Positions 1 through 8,048 of a DNA stretch of 64,000 nucleotides are shown here, piece after piece. Under the pieces are notes generated by a model. That model had not been told where the DNA came from. It saw only the letters and a list, made by a program, of their open reading frames with translations, and ran no database searches. The stretch lies in the NCBI GenBank assembly GCA_035325705.1, contig DAOKZI010000008.1, positions 61,451-125,450 on the forward strand. Reading direction: 5' to 3'. A program made the translations under genes and the position numbers. The stretch's first letter is position 1. Every line of letters starts with the position of its first letter. The DNA comes from Gammaproteobacteria bacterium (lineage in GTDB: Bacteria; Pseudomonadota; Gammaproteobacteria; Ga0077536).

Positions 1-148
1 CCCGGGTTCCGCTCCGCTGCACCCGGGCTACGAAGATCACGCGGCACACGAGGTTCGTAGCCCGGGTGGAGCGCGCAGCGCGTAACCCGGGATCTTTCGC
101 CACGCCGATAGGCCGATCCCGGGTTCCGCTTCGCTGCACCCGGGCTAC
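1..148. repeat. REP family A cluster (three units)
   Basis: There is an inverted unit truncated by the window edge (1-31). A forward unit GTAGCCCGGGTGGAGCGCGCAGCGCGTAACCCGGGATC lies at 57-94 and an inverted unit at 115-148. The 92-bp pair 57-148, including its spacer TTTCGCCACGCCGATAGGCC, is almost identical to 10583-10674. Confidence 0.85.
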
Positions 149-798
149 GAAAGCGTAGGGGAGGCCGGCGCCTGCTGGTGCCAATGGCGGCCGCCGTCGG
201 CGAGATAGGCGAGCTCTGCGGGCGTCGAGGCGCGGCCGAGGATCGCATTGCGATGGGGAAAGCGGCCGTAGCGCGCGATCAGATCGCAGTGGTTGTGCGC
301 TTCGCGCAAGCATTCGCGGAACAGCCATTCATAGCCTGCGGCGGCGCGCGCGAGCTCGCGCTCGTAGGCGGCGATGCAGCGGTGCTGGATCTCGAGCGCC
401 TCGGCGTGTTCGAAGGGCAGGTAGCAGAACGGCACCTCGATCGGCGCGAGCCCGGCGGCCAGATCGACTGCTTCGGCTTCACTCGCGAGGGCGAGCGCGG
501 CGGCGTCGCAGGCATAGGCCAGCGGCGATCCGCGATGCACGTTGCGCGGTAGCTGATCGAGAACGACGAGCAGCGCCAGCGTGCCGCGCGGCGTCGCGCG
601 CCAGTGTGTGAACTCGTCGCGCAGCGCACGCGCCGGCCACTCGCCGAAGCGCGCGCGCAGCGCCGCGTCGAACTCGGGATGATGGCCGAACCAGATCTCG
701 ACTCGCCGCCGCGCCGCGGCCGGCGATGCGTGGGCGTCGGCGAACCAGAACTCGAGCAGGGCGGTGGCCTCGGCGGGCAGCGGGGTCATCGATTGCAT
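145..798 (-). CDS. DUF924 family protein
   Basis: This is the C-terminal 217 aa of ORF 145..1164. I chose the ATG at 796-798 (MQSMTPLPAE) because the upstream part is Arg/Gly-rich shadow sequence. The LDQLPRN and RYGRFPHRN blocks are typical of DUF924. The TAG stop lies inside a REP. Confidence 0.8.
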   Translation of the reverse strand: MQSMTPLPAEATALLEFWFADAHASPAAARRRVEIWFGHHPEFDAALRARFGEWPARALRDEFTHWRATPRGTLALLVVLDQLPRNVHRGSPLAYACDAAALALASEAEAVDLAAGLAPIEVPFCYLPFEHAEALEIQHRCIAAYERELARAAAGYEWLFRECLREAHNHCDLIARYGRFPHRNAILGRASTPAELAYLADGGRHWHQQAPASPTLS

Positions 799-1193
799 CG
801 GTACGCGTGTAAGCAAATGGAAACCGCCGGCATTGTAGGCGGCAAGTCGTATCAATTCGCCACGTTCGCTGTGAAGCAATTCACGCCGGACCGCGGGCCC
901 ATGACCTACTTTTGCTGCACGGGGCCTGCGCCGGCGACTGCCTCCTCCTATCGCATCTGGCTTCCCCCACGCCGCCAGATTTTCCGACGCGGGCCCCGAC
1001 TTCCTCCCCTTCGTAGCTGCGCCGGACCTCGTGTCCGGCGTTTTTTTGTATCGCTGCCGGCAAGCCTTGCCGTCCGCCGGCGCCGGTCTGCCGGCTGCCG
1101 GCCGCAATCCGCACGGCGCGCGCGGCGGCCCGCCGCGCGCTCGCGAGTGGCACGCGGCGTGCACGTCGTCGGCATTGCTCTTCGAGTTGCCGC

Positions 1194-1922
1194 GTGGAAG
1201 CCGTCACCGTCACCGCCAGTCCCGACAGCAGCAGCGCGTCCGCGCTCGGCGCCGTGCGCCGCCTCGGCCAGCGGCTGTTCGGTGACGACGGCTTCGGCTT
1301 CAAGGACATCCTCGATCTCGTCAATCCGCTGCAGCACATCCCCGTCGTCGGTAACGTCTATCGCAAGCTCACCGGCGACGCGCTCGCGCCCGCGATTCGC
1401 GTCGCCGGCGGCGCGCTGTTCGGCGGTCCGCTGGGCGCCGGGCTGTCGATGGTCGGCCTCGCGGTCGAGGAGGGCGCGAAGCGCGGCGCCGCTGCGGCCG
1501 CAGAGGCGGCGGCGGCCGAGCTGCCGAACGCCGTCGCGGCCGTCCCGCGGGCGGAAGTCCCGCGCGGCGGCTGGATGATCGCGGCGGCGACGACGGGCCG
1601 CATCGCGGGCTTCGCGCCGGACGAGGCGGTCGCGTCGAACGCGGCCGTGGCCGTCGCCGAAGCCGCCGAGACTCCGCTCGCGTCGATCCATGCAGCGGCC
1701 GGAGAGCGACCGCATGCGCCGTCCGCGAGCCCCGAGCAGCGCGCGCTCCGCTTGCCGGCGCGCCGCGCGATCCCCCCGCAGCCGCTGCCGGCCCAGTCCG
1801 CGCCGGCCTCATCGCCGCTCGCCGCGGCGACGCCGCGCAGCGATCCGCGCGCACTGGCGAGCTTCCTTACCTGGCAGAACGCGCTTGAGCGCGGGACGAT
1901 CGGGCTTACGGACTACGCCTGA
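1194..1922 (+). CDS. hypothetical protein
   Basis: GTG-start ORF of 242 aa. A conserved-looking block FGFKDILDLVNPLQHIPVVGNVYRKLTGD is followed by an Ala/Pro-rich tail. I recognise no family. Confidence 0.45.
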   Translation: MEAVTVTASPDSSSASALGAVRRLGQRLFGDDGFGFKDILDLVNPLQHIPVVGNVYRKLTGDALAPAIRVAGGALFGGPLGAGLSMVGLAVEEGAKRGAAAAAEAAAAELPNAVAAVPRAEVPRGGWMIAAATTGRIAGFAPDEAVASNAAVAVAEAAETPLASIHAAAGERPHAPSASPEQRALRLPARRAIPPQPLPAQSAPASSPLAAATPRSDPRALASFLTWQNALERGTIGLTDYA

Positions 1923-1986
1923 GACCTCGCGCGGCGGATGCCGGGCGTTATAGTGCAGCCTGCTGCAAACGCCGAGGAGGTGCTCC

Positions 1987-2637
1987 GTGAGCGCTCGACT
2001 CCATATCGATTTCGTCTCGGACGTATCCTGCCCCTGGTGCGTGATCGGACTGCGCTCGCTCGAGCAGGCGGTCGCGAACATGGACGAAGGGCTGGACGCC
2101 GAGATCAGCTTCCAGCCTTTCGAGCTCAATCCGCAGATGCCGCCGGAAGGTCAGGATCTCGACGAGCACCTGCTGGAGAAGTACGGCGCGACGCCGGCGC
2201 AGTTCGCGGCGACGCGCCAGGCGATCCGCGATCGCGGGGAGGAGCTCGGCTTCGAGTTCCGCATGGATCGCCGCAACCGGATCTACAACACCTTCGACGC
2301 CCATCGGCTGCTGCACTGGGCCGAAACGCAAGGCCGTCAGCTCGAGCTGAAGCACGCGCTGTTCCGTGCCTACTTCACCGAGGGTGAGAACCCGGGCGCG
2401 CGCGAAGTGCTGTTGCGCGTCGCGGCGGACGTCGGCCTCGACGCGCGGCGCGCGGCGGAGATACTCGATTCGGAGACCTACGCCGAGGAGGTGCGCGAGC
2501 GCGAACGACATTTCCAGTCGCTCGGCATCCACGCCGTGCCGGCCGTGATCGTCAACGGCAAATACCTCATCCAGGGCGGCCAGCCCGCGTCGGTATTCGA
2601 GCAGGCCCTGCGCGAAATCGCCGCGAAGGACGCGTGA
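1987..2637 (+). CDS. DsbA family oxidoreductase (FrnE/HCCA isomerase-like)
   Basis: The GTG start lies 6 nt after GAGGAGG. The N-terminal FVSDVSCPWC carries a CxxC thioredoxin-fold motif. Length is 216 aa. Confidence 0.9.
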   Translation: MSARLHIDFVSDVSCPWCVIGLRSLEQAVANMDEGLDAEISFQPFELNPQMPPEGQDLDEHLLEKYGATPAQFAATRQAIRDRGEELGFEFRMDRRNRIYNTFDAHRLLHWAETQGRQLELKHALFRAYFTEGENPGAREVLLRVAADVGLDARRAAEILDSETYAEEVRERERHFQSLGIHAVPAVIVNGKYLIQGGQPASVFEQALREIAAKDA

Positions 2638-2673
2638 GCTCGCTATGTTCGTTGCCGGTTCATATGCCGAATG

Positions 2674-2819
2674 AATCTAGCCACGGAGGGCACGGAGAAA
2701 GAAGGGATTTGGTGAGAGATCGCCGCCACGTCGGCGCTGCCATCGGCGCCCGCGTTACGGTATCGCCCAATCAATCCATTCCTTCTCCGTGCCCTCCGTG
2801 TCCTCCGTGGCTAGATTGA
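2674..2819. repeat. E-type inverted repeat built from CCACGGAGG-like 9-mers
   Basis: The left arm AATCTAGCCACGGAGGGCACGGAGAAAGAAGGGA lies at 2674-2707. The right arm (2775-2819) is its complement with one extra 9-mer (TCTCCGTGC CCTCCGTGT CCTCCGTGG CTAGATT). The spacer is about 67 bp. A degenerate REP follows at about 2840-2875. Confidence 0.8.
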
Positions 2820-2891
2820 AGGCCTATCAGGGCACCGACTTCCGGATTCCACTGCGCGGCTTCCGGGCTGCGGGAGTACGCAGGCGTCGGC

Positions 2892-3332
2892 TCAGCGCCA
2901 CTCTTCCTCGGTATGCAGTCGCGTGAGGCGGATCTTCTTCAGCTTCCAGCCGCCGGTTTCCTTGACGTAATCCTCGTGGTAATGGCCCCAGCCCTTGAAG
3001 GCGCAGGTCGGCAGGCGCACGTAGTCGAACATCGCCCAGATGGCCTGCGCAGTGGTCGCGCCGGTCAGCGTGATCTCGGGCATGAAGCCCTGATGCATCG
3101 ACACCGCACCCTTCATCAATGAGCTGACGCCCTCGATGAGCGCGGCGCGGCCTTCGCAGCCGATGTCCGTCGGCATGTCGCGACGCGGCCGCGGGGCGCC
3201 CTCGTAGAATGCGGAGACGTCCTCGGTGAAGCAGGACTTCCACGCCTCCCACTGCTGCGTGTCCATCAGGCGGAAATAGCGCGATTTCAACTGCCGGATG
3301 TCTTCGAGGTCCTGCAGCTTCTGCATGTCCAT
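2892..3332 (-). CDS. NTF2-like (SnoaL-like) family protein
   Basis: 146 aa. The N-terminal IRQLKSRYFRLMD block and the overall size and pattern fit a SnoaL-4/NTF2 fold. Confidence 0.8.
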   Translation of the reverse strand: MDMQKLQDLEDIRQLKSRYFRLMDTQQWEAWKSCFTEDVSAFYEGAPRPRRDMPTDIGCEGRAALIEGVSSLMKGAVSMHQGFMPEITLTGATTAQAIWAMFDYVRLPTCAFKGWGHYHEDYVKETGGWKLKKIRLTRLHTEEEWR

Positions 3333-3522
3333 GGTGTCTCCTCTCCTCTGTTGGGAATCGTGCGTCGAGCGGGCAGCATAGATCAGGCTCGTCGATTTGC
3401 GTCCGGGCGAGGGGCCTGTCGATCGTCATGCCGCTGTCGCCGCTGGCTGGTTGACGCACTGCAGCGAGCTCACGACAATCCGAGTTTTACGGAGCGCCGC
3501 ATGGCGCGTGGAGTGAGGACGA

Positions 3523-3795
3523 GTGAAGAAACTGGGAGTGATGGCATTCGCGGCGCTGGTGCTCGGCGGCCTCGCGGGCTGCGCCGGCAACACCATCGTG
3601 CCGAGCTACGCGACCTCGAATCCGAACATCCAGGTCGGTGGCGACAAGCCGATCGACGTGGCGCCGACGATCGAGAACGCGGGCTCGTTCTGCCTGCAGG
3701 TGACCGAGCTGTGGCACGAGGACGGCAAGACGCCGGACGGCCAGAGGCTCTACGCGAAGGACACGCAGCGCAAGGTCGTGCCGTGCGAGCCGTGA
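3523..3795 (+). CDS. small lipoprotein
   Basis: GTG start after GAGGAC. The signal peptide MKKLGVMAFAALVLGGLAGC ends in a lipobox LAGC. Confidence 0.7.
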   Translation: MKKLGVMAFAALVLGGLAGCAGNTIVPSYATSNPNIQVGGDKPIDVAPTIENAGSFCLQVTELWHEDGKTPDGQRLYAKDTQRKVVPCEP

Positions 3796-3858
3796 GCTGA
3801 GCGCAGCGGGAATCGCGTACACTCCGGGCCTCCCCGCCATCCACAGGAGGCCGCCGCG

Positions 3859-5043
3859 ATGTCCGCCGCACTGCGCACCACGCTCGACAGCATACTCCGC
3901 TACACGACGAACAACGCCGGCGGCGCGCCGGGCGTCGTCGCGATGGCGACCGACCGCGAAGGCAATTTCTACGAAGGCGCGGCCGGCCGGCGCCAGCTCG
4001 GCCAGGACGCGCCGATGACGACCGACAGCGTGATGCTGCTCGCGTCGTGCACGAAGGCGGTGACGGGCGTCGCCGTCATGCAGCTCGTCGAGGAGGGACT
4101 CGTCGGGCTCGACGATCCGGCGCGCAAGTACGTGCCGGAGATCGGCGAATGCCGCGTGCTCACGGGCTTCGACGCCGCCGGCCAGCCGCTGCTACGCGCG
4201 CCGAAACGTGAGATCACGCTGCGCCACCTGATGCTCCACACGGCGGGGCTGGTCTACGAGTTCTTCAGCGCCGACGAGGCGCGCTATCGCGCGGCGGCCG
4301 GCGTGCCGTCGATCTTCGCGAGCTGCTTCGACGCGATCAAAAGCGTGATGATCTTCGATCCGGGTGAGGCTTGGGCCTACGGGCCGAACATCGACTGGCT
4401 CGGCAAGATCGTCGAAGCGCTGCGCGGCAAGCCGCTCGGCGCGGTATTTCGCGAATGCCTGTTCGAGCCGCTCGGCATGCAGGACATCGGCTTCGAAATG
4501 AGCCCGGCGATGCGCGCGCGGCTCGCCGTCGTGCATCAGCGCGCGCCGGACGGCGGGCTCACGCCGCCTCCCGAGCTCGTGCTGCCGCAGCCGCCGCTGA
4601 TGGACATGGGCGGCCACGGGCTGTATGCCACGATCGGCGAGTACATGAAGTTCATCCGCATGATCCTCAACGACGGCGACGGCCCGCACGGCCGCGTGCT
4701 CGAGGCGCGGACGGTCGCCGCGATGGTGCAGAACGGGCTCGGCGATTTGACGTGCAGCGCGTGGGAGTCGGCGATGCCGCCGCTCGCGAACAGCGGTGAT
4801 TTCTTTCCCGGCCTGCCGAAGTCCTGGGCCTACACCTTCCAGCGCATCGAGGAAGATGCGCCGACCGGCCGCCCGGCCGGCAGCCTGCACTGGGCCGGGA
4901 TCGCGAACTGCTATTACTGGATCGATCGCAAGAACGGCATCGGCGGCATGTGGGGATCGCAGGTGCTGCCGTTCATGGACATCGGCTCCTATCCCGGCTT
5001 CGTCGAGTTCGAGTCGGCCGTCTACCGTGCGCGGCGCCGCTGA
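3859..5043 (+). CDS. serine hydrolase, beta-lactamase/esterase (class C-like) family
   Basis: 394 aa with an SxxK motif (ASCTK) near residue 60 and an RBS CAGGAGG upstream. Confidence 0.9.
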   Translation: MSAALRTTLDSILRYTTNNAGGAPGVVAMATDREGNFYEGAAGRRQLGQDAPMTTDSVMLLASCTKAVTGVAVMQLVEEGLVGLDDPARKYVPEIGECRVLTGFDAAGQPLLRAPKREITLRHLMLHTAGLVYEFFSADEARYRAAAGVPSIFASCFDAIKSVMIFDPGEAWAYGPNIDWLGKIVEALRGKPLGAVFRECLFEPLGMQDIGFEMSPAMRARLAVVHQRAPDGGLTPPPELVLPQPPLMDMGGHGLYATIGEYMKFIRMILNDGDGPHGRVLEARTVAAMVQNGLGDLTCSAWESAMPPLANSGDFFPGLPKSWAYTFQRIEEDAPTGRPAGSLHWAGIANCYYWIDRKNGIGGMWGSQVLPFMDIGSYPGFVEFESAVYRARRR

Positions 5044-5184
5044 ACGAGCCGAAGCGAAGGGTCGCGTAGAAAAAACCTGTGCATCGATGGGGAACGTCTC
5101 GCTCGCTCGTACGTCGAACGTAGCGGGACGGCGCGCCGGAGGGCGCGGCCATCGCCGTGCTTGAGAACGCGCACGGCGGCCCCA

Positions 5185-5529
5185 ATGTTCGATATTACGT
5201 TCACCGCGGAAACGACGGACAGACCGATGCGTCATCGACCTCCTCCTTTTCTCTTCCTGAGCGGCAACGGACGCCCGCCGTCGCTGCTCGGCCGGATGCT
5301 CGCGAGCGTCGCGGCCGTCGGCATTTTCGTGCTGGCCTTCACGGTGTCGATCTTCGTGCTCGCCGGCGCTCTGGCCGTCGGCGCCATCGCATGGGGCTGG
5401 CTCATGTGGAAGACGCGCGTGCTGCGTCGCGATCTGCGCGCGCAGATGGAGGCCGCGCAGCGCGGCGAGGCGCGCGAGATCACGGTCATCGAAGGCGAAG
5501 TGATTCGCGAGGAATCGCGCAGGCGCTGA
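5185..5529 (+). CDS. small membrane protein, unknown function
   Basis: This is the in-frame ATG of ORF 5161..5529, whose track start is TTG. It has two hydrophobic helices (MLASVAAVGIFVLAFTVSIFVLAGALAVGAIAWGWLMW) and a charged tail. Third-position GC is high. Confidence 0.5.
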   Translation: MFDITFTAETTDRPMRHRPPPFLFLSGNGRPPSLLGRMLASVAAVGIFVLAFTVSIFVLAGALAVGAIAWGWLMWKTRVLRRDLRAQMEAAQRGEAREITVIEGEVIREESRRR

Positions 5530-5610
5530 TCGCGGCGTGCGAGATCGTTCCATCGCGCGCCCAAACGGCCGATACTGCGCGCTCCGCTCGTAAGGAAAGG
5601 AGGTGATCCA

Positions 5611-5685
5611 ATGTCTAGTGAGATTTACATGGTATCGACGCAGCCTTTGGATCCCGTCACGACCACGGTGGAGGCATCGCGGTAA
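5611..5685 (+). CDS. 24-codon mini-ORF (MSSEIYMVSTQPLDPVTTTVEASR) behind an extended Shine-Dalgarno
   Basis: The ATG at 5611 is preceded by AAGGAGGTGATCCAA (5597-5611), a perfect complement of the 16S rRNA 3' end. The TAA stop is at 5683-5685 and a terminator lies about 55 nt downstream. The ORF is too short for the supplied track. Confidence 0.3.
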   Translation: MSSEIYMVSTQPLDPVTTTVEASR

Positions 5686-5739
5686 GACGGGAGTCGCGAA
5701 AGCGATCGATTCCGGAGCTCGAAGATATCGATCTCACTG

Positions 5740-5768
5740 AAGGCCGCAGCGATGCGGCCTTCTTTATT
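5740..5768 (+). terminator. rho-independent terminator candidate
   Basis: An 8-bp stem AAGGCCGC / GCGGCCTT with loop AGCGAT (5740-5761) is followed by CTTTATT. Confidence 0.55.
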
Positions 5769-5787
5769 GGTGGCGCCCAGCCTCTTC

Positions 5788-6186
5788 GTAGCCCGGAAGC
5801 GCAGCGAATCCGCGGTTCGGCGCCTCCGGGACTCATGCGTCCGAGCAGGGACCGTAGGTTGGGCTGACGCAGGAAGCCCAACAGAAGCTGGCACTGCGCG
5901 CTGCCATTCGCTCTCGCCGGGGATCGCTCGGTGTCGAGGCTCCCAAGTTGGGCTTCCTGCATCAGCCCAACGGTCATGACGCGCGCGTCACCCGCAGTCA
6001 TGAAAGAGGCGTGGTGAGCCCCCTCCCGGATTCCGCGCCGCTGCGCGCCGCTCCTTCCGGGCTACGAAGAAAGCAACGATCAAGACGGCGGCGTTCAGGC
6101 TTTTTCGCGGCACCCCACGAAGCTTGCGAGGCCCCGAATAATTCTTTTTCTCTCCGTGCCCTCCGTGTCCTCCGTGGCTGGATTGA
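5788..6186. repeat. REP mosaic (B-degenerate, D, D, F, C-inverted, E arm)
   Basis: A degenerate REP-B lies at 5788-5815. A D hairpin GTAG-GTTGGGCT-N9-AGCCCAAC is at 5854-5882 and a second D hairpin with complementary loop at 5947-5971. The F module TCATGACGCGCGCGTCA..CATGAAAGAGGCG is at 5974-6012. An inverted REP-C is at 6024-6065 and a single E arm (CTCCGTG 9-mers) at 6143-6186. Confidence 0.8.
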
Positions 6187-6215
6187 TCGGCGCTCGAAGT
6201 GGCACTAACCCCGGC

Positions 6216-7106
6216 TTACACCTCGTCGACTGCCGCCTGTGCGAGGCTCGCCAAGCTCACGAGGGTGATCTCGGCCGTGAAGAGCCGTTCGCCGCGCGCG
6301 GTGTAGGCGCGGCAGCGGTGCACCATGCGCGGCTGGCCGGCGGGCTCCTCGCTGACGACGAGATTCAGGCGATCGTTGCTGCGCAGACGCGCGAGCACCT
6401 CGCGATCGGTGGTGATGAGATGCTGGGCATAAATCATCGGCTCGCGCACGAAGTCGTGGCGGCGGTGGATGCCGCGCTCGAGCAGCGCGCTGGAGATCAG
6501 GCTCGCCGGGTAGAGCTCCGGAAACTGCACGCGATCCGCGAGCTCGTCGAAGTAGCGAAACGCATCGACGCCGGCGGCGGACAGGAAGTTCTTCGCGTTC
6601 GAGGTCAGCATGAACTTGCGCTTCAGGAACCACGCTCCGCCGGGCACGACGTGCCGGTCGGGCAGGCCATCGAGCGCCAGCGCGAAGCGGAGATCGTCGA
6701 TCGCATCGTCCTCGCCCGGCATCCGAGTCTCGGCGCGCAGGCTGCCGAGCACGGCGGCACGTCCGTGGCGTCTCAGCACGAAGCGGCTCGCGACGCCGTC
6801 GCCGTCGAGCGCGGCGCGCGCCGGCTTCACCTCGACGGCGAGCGGATCGCCGGCGCGCACGGCGTCGACGAAGCGCAGTTGCACGGTGCTGTAGCGATGA
6901 TAGTCGTGCACGAGGGCCGCGCGCCGCCACGCCTCGCGCACCGTCTCGACGATGAACGCGCCGAGCTGGAAGCCGAGCGCAATCGGGCCGCCGAAGGGAT
7001 TGCCGGCGATGTCCTGCCACTTGTGCTTGTCGTGGAAGGGATTGAAGTCGTCGGACGCGTAGCGCGCGACGTCGATGTGCAAGGGCGTGTAGACGATCTC
7101 GGCCAT
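6216..7106 (-). CDS. MaoC-like (hot-dog fold) dehydratase family protein
   Basis: I chose the ATG at 7104-7106 (MAEIVYTPL). YASDDFNPFHD resembles the MaoC hydratase motif. The 296 aa length suggests a double hot-dog. Confidence 0.75.
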   Translation of the reverse strand: MAEIVYTPLHIDVARYASDDFNPFHDKHKWQDIAGNPFGGPIALGFQLGAFIVETVREAWRRAALVHDYHRYSTVQLRFVDAVRAGDPLAVEVKPARAALDGDGVASRFVLRRHGRAAVLGSLRAETRMPGEDDAIDDLRFALALDGLPDRHVVPGGAWFLKRKFMLTSNAKNFLSAAGVDAFRYFDELADRVQFPELYPASLISSALLERGIHRRHDFVREPMIYAQHLITTDREVLARLRSNDRLNLVVSEEPAGQPRMVHRCRAYTARGERLFTAEITLVSLASLAQAAVDEV

Positions 7107-7158
7107 GTCCCGGCCCTCCCTGGACCCCCGACTTCTATCGGCCATGCGCCGCGATCTT

Positions 7159-7239
7159 GTAGCCCGGGTGCAGCGCGCAGCGCGGAACCCGGGATCGGAG
7201 GCTCCGATCCCGGGTTCCGCTACGCTGCACCCGGGCTAC
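7159..7239. repeat. REP-A inverted pair
   Basis: A forward unit (7159-7196) and an inverted unit (7206-7239) are separated by a 9-nt spacer. The CTAC end supplies the TAG stop of the downstream minus-strand lipoprotein gene. Confidence 0.85.
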
Positions 7240-8048
7240 GCGCGCGGCCGCCCGCTGACGTGCGCGGCGAGATCGCCGCCGAGGGCGGCGATGGCCTGCG
7301 CGATCTCGGCTTCGAAGCGCGCGCGGGCCGCGGCCGGATCGCGCGCGATCGGCAGCGGCCGGCCGCGATAGGCATAGCGGCGTTCGGGCGAGTCGGCGCC
7401 TTCGCCGCAGCGGCCGCTGCGCGCGCGGATCACGAGGACGAGGCGATACTGGAAGCCCGGCTCGAGCTCGAGCTCCAGGCGCACGACGTCGACGGCGGTC
7501 ACCGCGCGCGGGCGCGGATCGCCGGCGCGCAGGCAGCCGTCCGGGGCCGGCGCGTCGACTGCGACGGCGGCGTCGCCCATCGCGCCCAGGCGCGCGAGGG
7601 CATCCTCGACGATGCGCTGTCCCAGTGCGCTCGCATAGGACGGATCGGGCGCGAAGACCTGGCGCAGTGTCGCTTCGTCGGCCGCCGCGCTGCCGGGCTG
7701 CGACAGGGCCGTCACGGCGCTCTCGGTGACGCCGGCGACCGCCGCGCCGCCGAGCAGCACGCCGGCGCAGGGACCGAACAGCGGGCCCAACGCGGCGCAG
7801 AGTATCAGCGAGGACTCGACGGCGTGCTCGTACGGCAAGGGCTCGCCGGCGATGCCCGCGGCCCGGTACTGCGGACGCAGCCGGCCGCGGGTTTCGAAGC
7901 GCACCTCGCCGGCCGGTGCCGCGTAGAGCGCATGCGCGGCCGCTGCACCGGGCGAGGGCGGCGCAGCGGACGGCGCGTGCGCGCAGGCCGCGAGCAGCAG
8001 CGCCGCGCCGAGCAGCGGGTGCGCGATGGCGCGCGCGGCCGCGCTCAT
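7236..8048 (-). CDS. lipoprotein of unknown function, coupled to copD
   Basis: The internal ATG at 8046-8048 gives MSAAARAIAHPLLGAALLLAAC (signal peptide plus lipobox). It overlaps the copD stop as ATGA. The upstream part of ORF 7236..8336 is shadow sequence. Confidence 0.7.
   Translation of the reverse strand: MSAAARAIAHPLLGAALLLAACAHAPSAAPPSPGAAAAHALYAAPAGEVRFETRGRLRPQYRAAGIAGEPLPYEHAVESSLILCAALGPLFGPCAGVLLGGAAVAGVTESAVTALSQPGSAAADEATLRQVFAPDPSYASALGQRIVEDALARLGAMGDAAVAVDAPAPDGCLRAGDPRPRAVTAVDVVRLELELEPGFQYRLVLVIRARSGRCGEGADSPERRYAYRGRPLPIARDPAAARARFEAEIAQAIAALGGDLAAHVSGRPRA

Noticed and set aside
4192-5553. 453-aa ORF on the minus strand
   Set aside because: It is a wrong-frame shadow of the serine hydrolase and membrane-protein genes. 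It is extremely Arg/Ala/Gly/His-rich and has no motifs. The plus-strand genes have clear family signatures.
5595-5612. 15-nt identity to the 16S rRNA 3' end on the minus strand (TTGGATCACCTCCTT) as a possible rRNA fragment
   Set aside because: The flanking sequence bears no resemblance to the conserved 16S 3' region (..GTAACCGTAGGGGAACCTGCGG). I interpret it as an extended Shine-Dalgarno on the plus strand instead.
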